In this document: in pieces, positions 13,101 to 25,990 of the stretch | Layout of the letters: every line of letters begins with the position of its first letter | Numbering within the stretch: the first letter of the stretch is position 1 | NCBI RefSeq assembly: GCF_006345805.1 | Contig: NC_043014.1 | Span: 41,416,001 to 41,480,000 of the forward strand | DNA length: 64,000 nucleotides | Direction of reading: 5' to 3' | Source: Octopus sinensis | Lineage: Eukaryota | Program-made: the position numbers and the translations under genes | Notes under the pieces: model-generated | Databases searched by the model: none | The model's input: only the letters and a program-made list of their open reading frames with translations | What the model was told of the DNA's origin: nothing

Positions 13101-13594
13101 AATTAAGATGTGAATTTTTAGGTCTACACCATTTAAAGGCTGAGTGGGATATCGATTAGCTCCGACTAGTATTTTCTTTATGTTAATAAAAGCAATGGAC
13201 ACAAAAGGAAGACAACACGAGAGGGACAAGTTTTGATTAATGTCGTATTACTTTAACACTTAAAAGGAAAGAGAAATGTCTTGACGTTTCGGAGGCCAGA
13301 TTTTCATCAGAGGAGAGGTAGAAAAGAAAATAAACTAAAAGGAGAAAAGGCAGATGGAAAAATAATATCAATGAGAAAAGATGGTTGGGTAAATATTGGA
13401 TTTCGTTTTAATGTTTCGGAAATTTAATATGATTTTATGACTAGTGTTGTGTTGTCGTATATACATCAAATAAAACTTGCGTTATAGGGGTATCCGTTGG
13501 AACAATATATGTCACTCCTTGTAACGGTGACAAACGCAGTGCACCTTTTAGATCACTTATTACTGAAAATCTCTGCGGATGTATCTTCACTCCT

Positions 13595-14330
13595 ATACTG
13601 TACAAGGCCGCTAGTCTCCCTATGGGAAACAGCGCATCGGAAACGTGGAACCTAGAATCTGAAGATACACGCAAATTAGAGGATTTTGAAATGCATTGTT
13701 AACGCGGTTATACTTTTGGAATCACTACAAGACAGCAAAAACACTCCAATAAGAAATATATCGTTATATGCCATGCACCATGGTTTGTGTCTTATGATAT
13801 ACAGTGTAGTATATGATATCTAATATGTGATATTATAATGTATTATCACCGTGATCACCATGACCGGCCAGGCTATCTGATGTTGCTACACATCACTGGT
13901 TACAATGCGCTTCGCATTGTTTTAGCCTTCGAGCAGGCCAAGAGAAGAAAGAGTGAGAGAAAGTTGCGGCGAAAGAATACACCAGGGATCGGCACCCCTC
14001 CCCTGCCGGAGCCTTGTGGAGCTTTAGGTGTTTTCACTCAATAAACACTCACCACGCCCGGTCTGGGAATCGATACCGCGATCCTACGACCGCGAGTCCG
14101 TTACCCTAACCACTGGGCCATTGCGCCTCCTCCATGTATTATATGACAGATAAATTATCATGACATATAATGTCGGTTCAAGTAGAAATGTGTCCCCCTA
14201 TAATTGTAAAGATGGTGGCCCACGAAGGCTTCCCAAACCTCAAAACTAAATTAAGAAATGAACTTTTTCAGACACGTGTAGGCACAAGAGTTACTGACTG
14301 CATCAAGGACATAAAGAGCCGACGATCGAA
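13595..14330 (+). pseudogene. Decayed RTE-like LINE C-terminal fragment, interrupted by a SINE C insertion
   Basis: 13598-13699 reads LYKAASLPMGNSASETWNLESEDTRKLEDFEMHC, matching the post-RT motif LYG.ETW.L....R.LE.FEM.C of RTE-clade LINEs. 14190-14315 (IVKMVAHEGFPN..RVTDCIKD) resembles the terminal ..RW.D.I..D region. Confidence 0.6.
13847..14133 (-). mobile_element. SINE family C with a distinct tail
   Basis: Family C head. 9-bp TSD atgtattat at 13838-13846 and 14134-14142. Confidence 0.85.
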
Positions 14331-14474
14331 GAGGATAGCGTTGAACCTGAATGCCGCACAGAGAGTACGGGACCACAAAGGACTGAATAACTCTACCAAG
14401 AGAAGTATTTGTGAACAAAGACCGAGAGAAGATAAATGAGTGCCAGTATCAAAGTAGTGGTGATCGTCATTAAT

Positions 14475-14668
14475 CTTTTATATTTGTTTTAATCACTGAA
14501 CTTTGGCAATGCTAGGGCACCGCCTTGAACAATTCGACTCTTGGTGTTTACTTTTTAGGCCTGCTCCTGATTCCATCCATGTTACTTTTGCTGAATAGCT
14601 TTACTAGTCGTAAACAAGCCACACCGGTTGCCACGCGGTGGTGAGGGACAAACACACATAGACAAATA

Positions 14669-14709
<41 letters not shown>

Positions 14710-14815
14710 ACACACACACATATATATAAAGCCTTGTTGAAGAAAGTGAAAGAAGCTCGTCATGTGTATGTGCGTGTACATATACATACATACATATATA
14801 TACATATATATACAT

Positions 14816-14848
<33 letters not shown>

Positions 14849-14885
14849 CATATATACATATATATATATACATATATACATACAT

Positions 14886-14916
<31 letters not shown>

Positions 14917-15300
14917 CATATATACATATATATATATACATATATACATACATACACACATATATACATACACACACATATATATATATTTAAAGGAATA
15001 CCAAAAATGGGACAAGAACGCAAAACATCCAGACAGCTGATACAAAAAGGGAACAACGAAACATCCAGACAGATGAAAAAAAAGGGACAACAAAACATCC
15101 AGACAGACGATGCAAAAATAAACAACAAAACATATATGTATATATACACACGCGCGCGACGAGCTTTCGGTTTCTTTAACAAGACTTTGGTCAGCCTAAG
15201 GCTGCAGTAGAAGACACTTATCCAATTTGCCACGCATTAGGATTGAACTCAGAACTATGTTGTTGGGACGTAAACATCTCACCACACGGCTACACCGGCG
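14475..15300 (-). mobile_element. Old SINE family B, expanded by microsatellites and an inserted repeat
   Basis: Tail remnant at 14475-14660 and head remnant at 15155-15300. Confidence 0.6.
14994..15130 (+). repeat. Interspersed repeat with ~30-bp internal subrepeats (ggacaa..aaacatccagacag); second copy at 17908-17992
   Basis: Near-identical gggacaagaacgcaaaacatccagacagctgatacaaaaaggg at both loci. Both copies are embedded in (TA)n. Confidence 0.8.
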
Positions 15301-15717
15301 CATTTCGTTTACGCTTTCTATTCTAAATTGTGTTTAACATTTCGTAAATATTCTACTGTTGTTGCAGCAATTAATAAACTTTGATATTTATAACGAGCTA
15401 AAAGCTTGTCCATGATGTTGAAATAGATATATTGAAATTATTAAATTACTAAACTGCTTTATTTTACATGCAATTCAGGAAGAGCAGACACATCACTTTA
15501 TCACATGTGAATTTAAAATTTATAGTTGTACGCATGACATAGATTTTCCTTCATTGCCATATAAAACGGTTAATTTACAGAGGAATAAATGCCTCTTATC
15601 ATAATAAGCCGTCAAATATAATCAGTTTTAACATTATTATCCTATGATGTTTAACACCAGGAGGTAAACTAATAGGCTCTGGGATCATTCAGAATCAAGC
15701 TCCCTCCCTCATTTTCA

Positions 15718-15761
<44 letters not shown>

Positions 15762-16094
15762 CTTTCTCTCTTGTACAAGTCAAACTGTCTGTCGTTTCTT
15801 TTACTTTCGTCGTTCACAATTTATATATACCCCACAACAGGATAATATATGTAACCTTATCTACGTGCGTGCGCAAGTATACACACACAATCACGCATAC
15901 GAACGAACACAAACACACACAGACATAAATGTGCGCATACATTTTTGTTTTTAAATATGTTTTTCGTGTGTATTTAACCTTGTCAATCTTCTGTCTTAAT
16001 TTCATTATTATATAAATTCTTAACTTAATTCCTCAGTCCTAATGTTTTTAAAATTAAACACTATACATAACGTTTCTCTCTCCCTCTTTCTCCT

Positions 16095-16131
<37 letters not shown>

Positions 16132-16304
16132 TTATCTATCCCCTCTCTCTCTTTCTCCGACTATATCTCATAAATAAATTATAGAGGTCAACTCGAACAT
16201 CGCTGTGTCGACTCCTTGACATAACTGTTTCTACAAAAGGAATTACTTTGAAGCTCGAAATATTCTTCTCATTGCCAAATCCTTCAGTCGATTCATAGCA
16301 CATT

Positions 16305-17113
<809 letters not shown>

Positions 17114-17122
17114 GTTTTTCAG

Positions 17123-17373
17123 TCTACATGGAAGGAGACGGCTGCAAGAGTCAAAGACTGACGGGAGCCACAGTGTTTTCACACCACAGAACAGCCAATA
17201 AGAAACTATTCAAACACAAAACAGAATGTACAATGACGTTTTATGCCGCTATTAAAGGCTGGAAGTTAATGCTTCGTATGATTGAGCTGGACATTCCAGA
17301 CCGGACATCAAAAGGCATCTGTAATGATGCCGTCTACATTTATGACCACAAATCTGTTTATGCTAACGGCATG
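17123..17373 (+). CDS. Internal coding exon, N-terminal part of a CUB-like domain (uncharacterised secreted or membrane protein)
   Basis: Long CT tract plus ttttcAG acceptor at 17121-17122 and ATG|GTAAGT donor at 17374. 251 nt, phase 1 to phase 0, no stops. Encodes xYMEGDGCKSQRLTGATVFSHHRTANKKLFKHKTECTMTFYAAIKGWKLMLRMIELDIPDRTSKGICNDAVYIYDHKSVYANGM. The C...SH...CxxTF...KLxLxxxxLD...CxDxxxxYD pattern is typical of CUB strands. No other exons of this gene were identified. Confidence 0.75.
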
Positions 17374-17633
17374 GTAAGTGTTAGAAAATGAAAAATGCAA
17401 AAAAAAAAAAAAAAAAAAAAAAAAAGGGGAAAAAAAAAAAAAGAGAATGCTAATATAGCCTTCATTCTTTGATTGATATCACGTTAAACACAATTTGCTG
17501 CTTCTTTTATTTTCGTATTTCCCGTGATTTCCACATAAAGATTGACTGCATTGTGTGTTATATTCTTTGACATGTATAGATGTTTCTCCTTTTGTCTTTT
17601 AGCTGTTAACTGTTATCATGTATATTTATGTTG

Positions 17634-17874
17634 TTTTGCCGCACCCCTTGTTCCATAAATATTGCACAAGCTCTTTACCAGGTCAGACCGGCTTTGCGTT
17701 GACAGGAACCAAAATGAGAATTGACGCAGTCTATTACGCAATGAATGTCTACTAAACATCAATAGTTGAGATAACCTCCTCCCACATTTAATTACTGGCA
17801 TCTACTTTATTTATCTATCTATCTCACTTGCTTCAGTCATTGCACGGTGGCCATACTGGTGCAACCGTCTTCGA

Positions 17875-17906
<32 letters not shown>

Positions 17907-18485
17907 GAAGGGACAAGAACGCAAAACATCCAGACAGCTGATACAAAAAGGGGACAACGAAACATCCAGATAGACGATACAAAAATAAAACACATATATA
18001 TATACACCTGCACACGCGAAACAACCGACCCTAGAACTTCTTTTATTCTTAAGCGTCCTACTTACTCAATCGGTTCTTTTGCCGAACCGCTATGTTACGG
18101 TGACCTAAACAAACCAACGCTAGTTGTCAAGCGGTTTTGCCGCACCCTCGTTCCATAAACATTGTACAAACTCTTTACCAGGTCAGACCGGCTTTGCGTT
18201 GACAGGAATCAAACTGAGAAATGACGCAGTCTATTACGCAATGAATGTCTACTAACCATCAATTGTTGAGATAGCCTCCTCCCCATTTAATTACTGGCAT
18301 CCACTTTATTTATCTATTTTACTTGCTTCAGTCATTGCACGGTGGTCATGCTGGAGTAACCGTCTTCGAAACAACCGACCCTAGAACTACTTTTATTCTT
18401 AAGCGTCCTACTTACTCAATCGGTTCTTTTGCCGAACCGCTATGTTACGATGACTTAAACAAACCACGACTAGTTGTCAAGCGGT
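17634..18485 (+). repeat. Tandem duplication of ~350 bp; copy 1 carries a ~145-bp insertion
   Basis: ttttgccgcaccc..gttgtcaagcgg occurs at 17634-18134 and 18135-18485. The insertion at ~17876-18020 is bounded by cgaa. Confidence 0.9.
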
Positions 18486-18593
18486 AGTCGGGAACAAACA
18501 CACACACACACACACGCACATACACATATGCACACATACACACATATCATTATTATTGCCATTATTATTGTTATCATCATCATCATCATCATC

Positions 18594-18628
<35 letters not shown>

Positions 18629-18684
18629 ATTATTATTATTATTATTATTATTATCATCATTAACATTATTATTATTATTATTAA

Positions 18685-19033
18685 GTTGTCTTATATTTAT
18701 CACGTGCTTTCACTTCACTACCGAGCGCAGCTCTGTGTGCCTTGGGTATGTGCTGTGTTTTGTTGTGGTGCTCTGATGATTACTGTATTGAAAGTGTTTT
18801 GCGTAGGATGTGTGCAGTGCCCAGTAGTGCAATTTTCTGTATGTTATATATATTTGTAAGTCCTGGTGTTTTTGCTATGTATTTGTCTGAATATGTTTTT
18901 ATCATACCTAATGCGCCTACTATGAAAGAGATTGTTTCTGTTTTTAGATTCCACATTCGAGTTACCTCTATTTCCAGGTCTTTGTATTTTGAAAGTTTCT
19001 CCATTACTTTTAGAGACATGTTGTCATCTACTG

Positions 19034-19035
<2 letters not shown>
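18685..19035 (-). mobile_element. 5'-truncated R4/Dong-like non-LTR retrotransposon (RLE C-terminus plus 3' UTR) within (TAA)n
   Basis: ORF EKLSKYKDLEIEVTRMWNLKTETISFIVGALG..IQKIALLGTAHILRKTL carries the K..KY.DL..E...W...P.++GALG..Q+..LL.T..I+R signature of R4/Dong RLE domains. (ATT)n on both flanks. Confidence 0.85.
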
Positions 19036-19086
<51 letters not shown>

Positions 19087-19149
19087 GAGTGAGAGAGCAG
19101 TGCATGCCATCAAAGAGACTTAAACAATTAAAAGAGTAAAAGATTAAAA

Positions 19150-19456
19150 AGCTGAGAAAGAGCCGGTTTCTAACCTAGATCTAAGGCTACTTAATTGGAA
19201 TTTCAACAACTTCAACAAGGAATTTTTTTGTATCTAGGTATATGCGCAAATTGTATGTTTTGTTTTATATATGTATCTTCATGCATATAGCTGCATGTCC
19301 TGACATGCTCGTGTATAATTAAATGATAAACCTCTGGAAATTTATACAGATTTTTACCGTTCCAGTGATGGCTTGGATCTGTAGTCTTCGAATTAGCTTT
19401 CTCGTTTTTGGTTTTGAGAAGCTTGATTTCTTTATATTGGTATCTGGGCAGCGTGC
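19150..19456 (-). mobile_element. 3' fragment of a second RLE-type LINE family (same as 51715-52495)
   Basis: FSKPKTRKLIRRLQIQAITGTVKICINFQRFII matches FSKPERRKLIRRLQIQSITGTLEICNTFQKFII at ~52045-52143. The 3' UTR is also shared. Confidence 0.8.
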
Positions 19457-19491
19457 TATGTATATATGTTTGTATGTATGTATTATGTATG

Positions 19492-19522
<31 letters not shown>

Positions 19523-19885
19523 TGTATGTATGTATGTGACCAAACCGAAATATTTTCAGTAACACTATATCAAAAGCAGTCCAATTTTAAATGGTCAAAG
19601 AGTAAAATTCAATTTGGTTGTTATTTTTAGCAAGATGAGAGACGACATAGAAATTTTTCACCCGTCTTCTCCCCTGTTCTCCTATCCTTTTTACTATTAA
19701 AACATGGACTGAAATTTTGTAGGCGGGGGACTAATCGAGTCGATAGCGTCAACCCCAGTGCACAACCAATACTTATCTTATCGACCTGGAAAGGATGAAA
19801 AGCAATTCGACTTCGCAGTACTTGAACTCAAGACGCAAAGTCAAAAGATCTGGCGCGAAGCACCTTGCCCAGCGTTCTAACGATT

Positions 19886-20670
19886 CTTATTTCTTTATTG
19901 TCCACAAGGGGTTAAACATAGAGGGGACAAACAAGGACACACAAACGGATTAAGTCGATTACATCGACTCCAGTGCGTAACTGATACTTAATTTATTGAC
20001 CCCGAAAGGATGAAAGGCAAAGTCGACATCGGCGGAATTTGAACTCAGAACGTAACGGCAGACGAAATACCTTTTTTCTTACTACCCACAAGGTGCTAAA
20101 CACAGAGGGGACAAACAAGGACAGATAAAGGGATTAAGTCGATATATCGACCCCAGTGCGTACTGATACTTAATTTATCGACCCCGAAAGGATGAAAGGC
20201 AAAGTCGACATCGGCGGAATTTGAACTCAGAACGTAGCGGCAGACGAAATACCTGTTTCTTTACTACCCACAAGGTGCTAAACACAGAGGGGACAAACAA
20301 GGACAGATAAAGGGATTAAGTCGATTATATCGACCCCAGTGCGTAACTGATACTTAATTTATCGACCCCGAAAGGATGAAAGGCAAAGTCGACCTCGGCG
20401 GAATTTGAACTCAGAACGTAACGGCAGACGAAATACCTGTTTCTTTACTACCCACAAGGTGCTAAACACAGAGGGGACAAACAAGGACAGATAAAGGGAT
20501 TAAGTCGATTATATCGACCCCAGTGCGTAACTGATACTTAATTTATCGACCCCGAAAGGATGAAAGGCAAAGTCGACCTCGGCGGAATTTGAACTCAGAA
20601 CGTAGCGGCAGACGAAATACCGCTAAGCATTTCGCCCGGCGTGCTAACGATTCTGCGCTCGCTCCGCCTT
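19886..20670 (-). mobile_element. SINE family A tetramer: one head plus four head-to-tail ~183-bp bodies
   Basis: Junctions (plus strand gacgaaatacc|t.tttctttactaccc) at ~20071, ~20253 and ~20436. Older A remnant at 19700-19885. Confidence 0.92.
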
Positions 20671-21010
20671 TCCGCATGTTCTCCTATAGATCCAAAACCT
20701 ACATCATAAAGCTCGTTAATGTTAATGAGATGAAAGATTGTTACATGATATCACTAGCTATATGGATAAAAAGTAGCTATATTTAAATATCGTTCTCGGA
20801 ATTCGCGAAATAGAGCAGATTATTAACAACAGATACCGTAACATATGTCCCATTAGCCGATATTCCGATATTTGAAGCGTAACTATTAAAGCAATTTGTC
20901 TCTGCAAATGTACACATTCGTAACTTTTTTTGGCTATCTGTCTGACAAACCTTTCACCCTCTCTCCCCTGCTCCCACCTCTCTGTTTGTGTTGTGTGGTG
21001 TGGTATATAT

Positions 21011-21059
<49 letters not shown>

Positions 21060-21087
21060 ATTATATTATATTATATTATATACGTAA

Positions 21088-21120
<33 letters not shown>

Positions 21121-21310
21121 GTAAATAATAATTATAAGCGTAAACTTATAAGTGTTCATTACATACTAGCTATAGAAAATAGTCTACTATTGGGTTATGT
21201 AAGGCCTCGACAGAAAAAGGGGGGTCTTAATTATAGTACATTATTTTTTGCCGTTGAGCTAGACTATTTTCTATTGCTTATAAGTTTAAACTTATTATTA
21301 TTATTATTAT

Positions 21311-21745
21311 TGAGTGAGAGAGCAGCGCATGCCATCAAAGTGACACGGGGGTAAAATATACGAAGCCCAGTATACCCATCATGACTACCCGTCTGATAAG
21401 GGTACACCAAGCACTTGCATCTCAACCATATGCGCACGACATGGTGATCTCATACCAAGATAAACAACAGATGAACTTGCAGGTGGGATCCAGTTAGAAT
21501 TTTCTTCAGGTTGAGTAGCCCATCCCGCTCAAAAGGTCCCTGAATAAGGGTTGTTTAAGGATGTTGAAAGAACCAGAGGTGAATTATTCAAACCCCAAAG
21601 AATCTCTCTCAACACATGGCTATGATGCTCCCCCACTACTTCTGCTCGTGATCAGAGATGCACATATTGTCAGCCACTAAGGGTCATGCTCAACTGGTTA
21701 CGGTCAAGCAAATGACAAGCAAACCTGTGGTATTGAGCAGAATAT
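21311..21745. mobile_element. Interspersed repeat abutting (ATT)n; short second copy at 19086-19115
   Basis: Both copies start attattattgagtgagagagcag(c/t)gcatgccatcaaag directly after an ATT run. Confidence 0.6.
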
Positions 21746-21870
21746 GATGATGATGATGATGATGATGAGGAGGAGGAGGAGGGGGAGGAGGGGGGATGAG
21801 GAGGGTGGCGGCGGCCGCGGTGGTGGTGGTGGTGGTGGTGATGATAATGATGATGATGATGATGATGATG
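21744..21870. repeat. Compound trinucleotide tract (GAT)(GAG)(GGT)(GAT)
   Basis: Direct inspection. Confidence 0.9.
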
Positions 21871-22449
21871 AATTCTTTCAGTGCTGTAGAGCCTAGGAGA
21901 GAGTAAAGCATTTTTAGGGAAGAAGATAGAATTCGGTTCCCGAGTCTCTAACCCCTGATTGCGTTTCGTTTTTATAGAGACTTTCCTTCATTTAATCTGT
22001 TAATGGCCTTTATCGTTACGAGTCTAATTCCCCGTCAAACTTAACGTGGGAATCTTATTCCTACGAAAGAAAATAATATAGCAGCAAAAGATATTTAACT
22101 TTTAAGTTTACTTATCGTCTTTGGAAATGTACTGTTTGATATACTTTAAAAGAGATTATAATATTTCTTAAAGCGTGATATAATCCTTTAAGTGTGTTCA
22201 ATAAGATAAGAGTAAACGAAAGTAAAACAGAGTAGTGGACCATATAACCTTTATATAATCTAGATGTATTAGGTAGGTGTATTACATAAGTGGAGGTCGG
22301 GATGTTTAACATCTTTGGTGATTATTTTAATATAAATTGGTAATAATATAATATAGTGAGAATAGATAGGCTGCAGTTGGATATAAAACTGGAACACTTT
22401 TCATGATGTGGCACACCAGAAGTGTGAATTGGTTATATATCACTTGGGT

Positions 22450-22643
22450 AAAGGCGGCGACCTGGCAGAAACGTTAGCACGCCGGGCGAAATGTGTAGCT
22501 GTATTTCGTCTGCCGTTACGTTCTGGGTTCAAATTCCGCCGAGGTCGATTTTGCCTTTCATCCTTTCGGGATCGATAAATTATAATCAACTTAAATCTGT
22601 TTGTCCCCTCTGTGTTTAGCCCCTTGTGGGTAGTAAAGAAAGA
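22450..22643 (+). mobile_element. SINE family A, internally deleted
   Basis: 15-bp TSD atatatcacttgggt at 22435-22449 and 22644-22658. Confidence 0.9.
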
Positions 22644-22721
22644 ATATATCACTTGGGTGATGTCATTGAGTCACTGCCAGCAAACCGTGTGTGTATGTAT
22701 GTATGTGTATCTGTGTGTTAC

Positions 22722-23112
22722 TCTTTATTCTTTTACTTATATCAGTCATTTTGACTGCAGTCATGCTGGAGCACCGCCTTTGGTCGAATCAAATCGACCG
22801 CAGGACTTATTCTTTGGGAGCCTAGTACTTATTCTATCAGCCTCTTTTGCCGAACCGCTAAGTCACGGGGACCTAAAGACACCAGCATCGGGACAAACAC
22901 AGATAAACAACACCCACCCACACACACACATATATATATACACCTATATACGACGGGCTTCTTTCAGTTTCCGTCTACCAAATCCACTCACAAGGCTTTG
23001 ATCGGCCCGAGGCTATAGTAGAAGACACTTGTCCAAGGTGTCACTCTGTGGGACTGAACCTGGAACCATGTGGTTAGTAAGCAAGCTATTTACCACACAG
23101 CCACTCCTGCGC
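22722..23112 (-). mobile_element. SINE family B
   Basis: Head and tail both match 2875-3360. Confidence 0.9.
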
Positions 23113-23224
23113 GTATATATATATATATATATATATATACTCATGCTGGAAAATTAATAAAATCTATACATACAATATAAGATATGTACTTATATAAAAG
23201 AATAAAGGAATATATATATATAGC

Positions 23225-23700
23225 ATATATAAATCTCAGTATTTGTGTGTATAATGACTAACGCATACATTTCCACAATTCGCAACCGATTTTCACCAAA
23301 CTTTACACACACATTCCTTATGTCCCAACGATGGTCATGCACTATAACATTTTGCCAAAACCTCCCGTGTAAATGAACGTAAATGGATATAGTTTTTAGT
23401 ATGTAGAGTCTTCCATACTTTTAAAATCTTTTTTTATAAAATTAAAAGGATTTTGTCTATTTATTTATTTCGTCTGTCTACCTGCGACGCTTATTAAATT
23501 GACTAAGATCACTGCCCAGAACTCCTGCGTAAATGGACGTCAATGGACATAGTTGTTTTGTATGTAGAATTTTCTATACTTACTTAATTTTTTAATGAAA
23601 GTGAGCGAATTTTATCTATTTATTTATTTATTTATTTCGGCTGTCCACCTTCGATGATTATTAAATTGACTCGGAACAATGTTCGCAACGAATATCCAAT
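23225..23700 (+). mobile_element. Degenerate Helitron-like fragment with an internal ~160-bp direct repeat
   Basis: tatataaa..tgtgtgt..aaccgattttcaccaaact resembles non-autonomous Helitron 5' ends. Repeats at 23361-23503 and 23522-23671. Confidence 0.45.
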
Positions 23701-23923
23701 ACCAAACAATCTTAATCTCCATTTTTAAACTGCATTAAACTTTGGCAATCTTACCTTCACCTATTTTGATTTACTGAAAGACGATGTTCCCTCTATTTCT
23801 ATCTGTTGATAACCTTTGTTTACCTACCAATGCGTTGTTTCATTTTAAGGATACGTACTTGATCCCATCCAGAAAAGTGTCATTCGACTGACTGTCATAA
23901 AATTACGCAAAGATACAGCACAG

Positions 23924-24176
23924 CAGAGTTTTTCAACCATTTTTTACCTATGGACCTCCTTGATTCCTTTGTCAATCGGATGGACACTCATAACCATTCG
24001 ATGTTTAAAAAATCCTTATCACATTTTTGAAATTAACATATTAGGAATTGTATAAAACAATTGTTAAAATCTTTTGGGTGTTGCAGAAGTAAAATCAAGC
24101 TTTTGTACGTAAATGTTAACAGCAAAATCTTACATGGACCCCTAATGGTCATATGAACCTCGGTTAAGAACCTCCG
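23924..24176. mobile_element. hAT-type MITE
   Basis: Imperfect TIRs cagagtttttcaacc / ggttaagaacctccg (Charlie-like CAGNGGTTCTCAACC). 8-bp TSD cagcacag at 23916-23923 and 24177-24184. Confidence 0.8.
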
Positions 24177-24388
24177 CAGCACAGCTTCTGGACTACAAGA
24201 TAACAAGATGAAGCCCAGCGCTTATTCTATCATCGACCTTATTGTAGCTAACCGTTCAGGCCCCGCACCAATTACAAATACCCAGTCCTTTCTTTGACTC
24301 TTTGGAATTCTCTCCCTACTCAGAACCACGCAGATGTTGTCTTGCAAATGTTAAAAATTAACATTTATGGTAATCAGTCTCATCAGTG

Positions 24389-24622
24389 AAGGCGGCGAAC
24401 TGGTAGAAACGTTAGCGTGCCCGGCGAAATGCTTAGCGGTATTTCGTCTGGCGCAACGTTGTGAGTTCAAATTCCGCCGAGGTCGACTTTGCCTTTCATC
24501 CTTTCGGGGTCGATAAATTAAGTACCAGTTACGCACTGGGGTCGATATAATCGACTTGATCCGTTTGTCTGTCCTTGTTTGTCCTCTCTTTGTTAAGTCC
24601 CTTGTGGGTACTAAAGAAATAG
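24389..24622 (+). mobile_element. SINE family A monomer
   Basis: Full head and tail. TSD-like atcagtctca(t/c)cagt on both sides. Confidence 0.9.
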
Positions 24623-25412
24623 GTATCAGTCTCACCAGTCCTCTAAGATTTGCTAGGGCTGTGATCACATCTAGCAAGTTCGAAGAAAATAAATACAAAT
24701 CGAATCATTGTAAGGATTTGGAGTTCCACGACTTTCTTTTATTCGATCTTCTATAATCAATTGTTTAAATGTTTTTATATCATTTACATTATCAATTGTT
24801 ACTATTCCTCTCTCTAACACTTTATTATCTCTTAACGCTACTCCCATAGTTTCTCACTCTGTCGCTACTTATGCAAGTTGTGATGATGTCGTGACTATAA
24901 AACAGGACACTTGGCAATCTCAATTTGGCGAACATACTTTCATTAAAAGTACAACCAGTTGAATGAATTCGATATTTCTAGTAACCAAATTACATGACCT
25001 GAACTTTTCGCCGTCCTTAATACCAAAACCCTCGGGCTGGTGAAGACAGTAAGAAATAAAAAAAGAAAAGAGGGAAAACACAGAAAAAAGGGTAACAAAA
25101 AAAGGAGGCCATTATATTTTCTTCAGTGCTTCATTTCTTTAACTGCTTGGTATTTATTCTCAGTTACCAAATTCCATGAATGATGGAAGATTAGACACAG
25201 CTAATGATGAGATTCAAACACAGAGGCAGAATTGGTCCAGCATTGGCTTATAAACTCTTTCTCAGAACACACAAACACAAACACATACAAACACGTACTT
25301 AAGCGCGCGCACTCACACACGCATACGCACACACACATACATGCACACGAATATGCATTTAAAAGTACATTAACACATGCATACGCGCAAACAAGCATTC
25401 AGGATGAACATA

Positions 25413-25990
25413 ACATACATACATACATACATACATACGTACATACATACATACGTACATACATACATACATACATACATACATACGTACGTACGTAGGT
25501 ACATACATATATACATACATACATACATACATACAAACAAACATACATACGTACATACATACATACGTACGTACGTACGTACATACGTACATACATACAT
25601 ACATACATACATACGTACGTACGTACATACATACATACATACATACATACACACACATATATATATATACATACGTACGTACGTACATACATACATACGT
25701 ACGTACGTACATACATACGTACATACATACATAATACGTACATACATACATACATACATACATACAAACAAACATACATACGTACATACATACATACGTA
25801 CGTACGTACGTACATACGTACATACATACATACATATGTACGTACGTACATACATACATACATACATACATACATACACACACATATATATATATACATA
25901 CGTACGTACGTACATACATACATACGTACGTACGTACATACATACGTACATACATACATAATACGTACATACATACATACATACATACAT
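25413..25990. repeat. (CATA/CGTA)n satellite with a ~230-bp higher-order duplication
   Basis: The variant markers caaacaaa, cacacatatata and cataatacg each recur. Confidence 0.9.
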
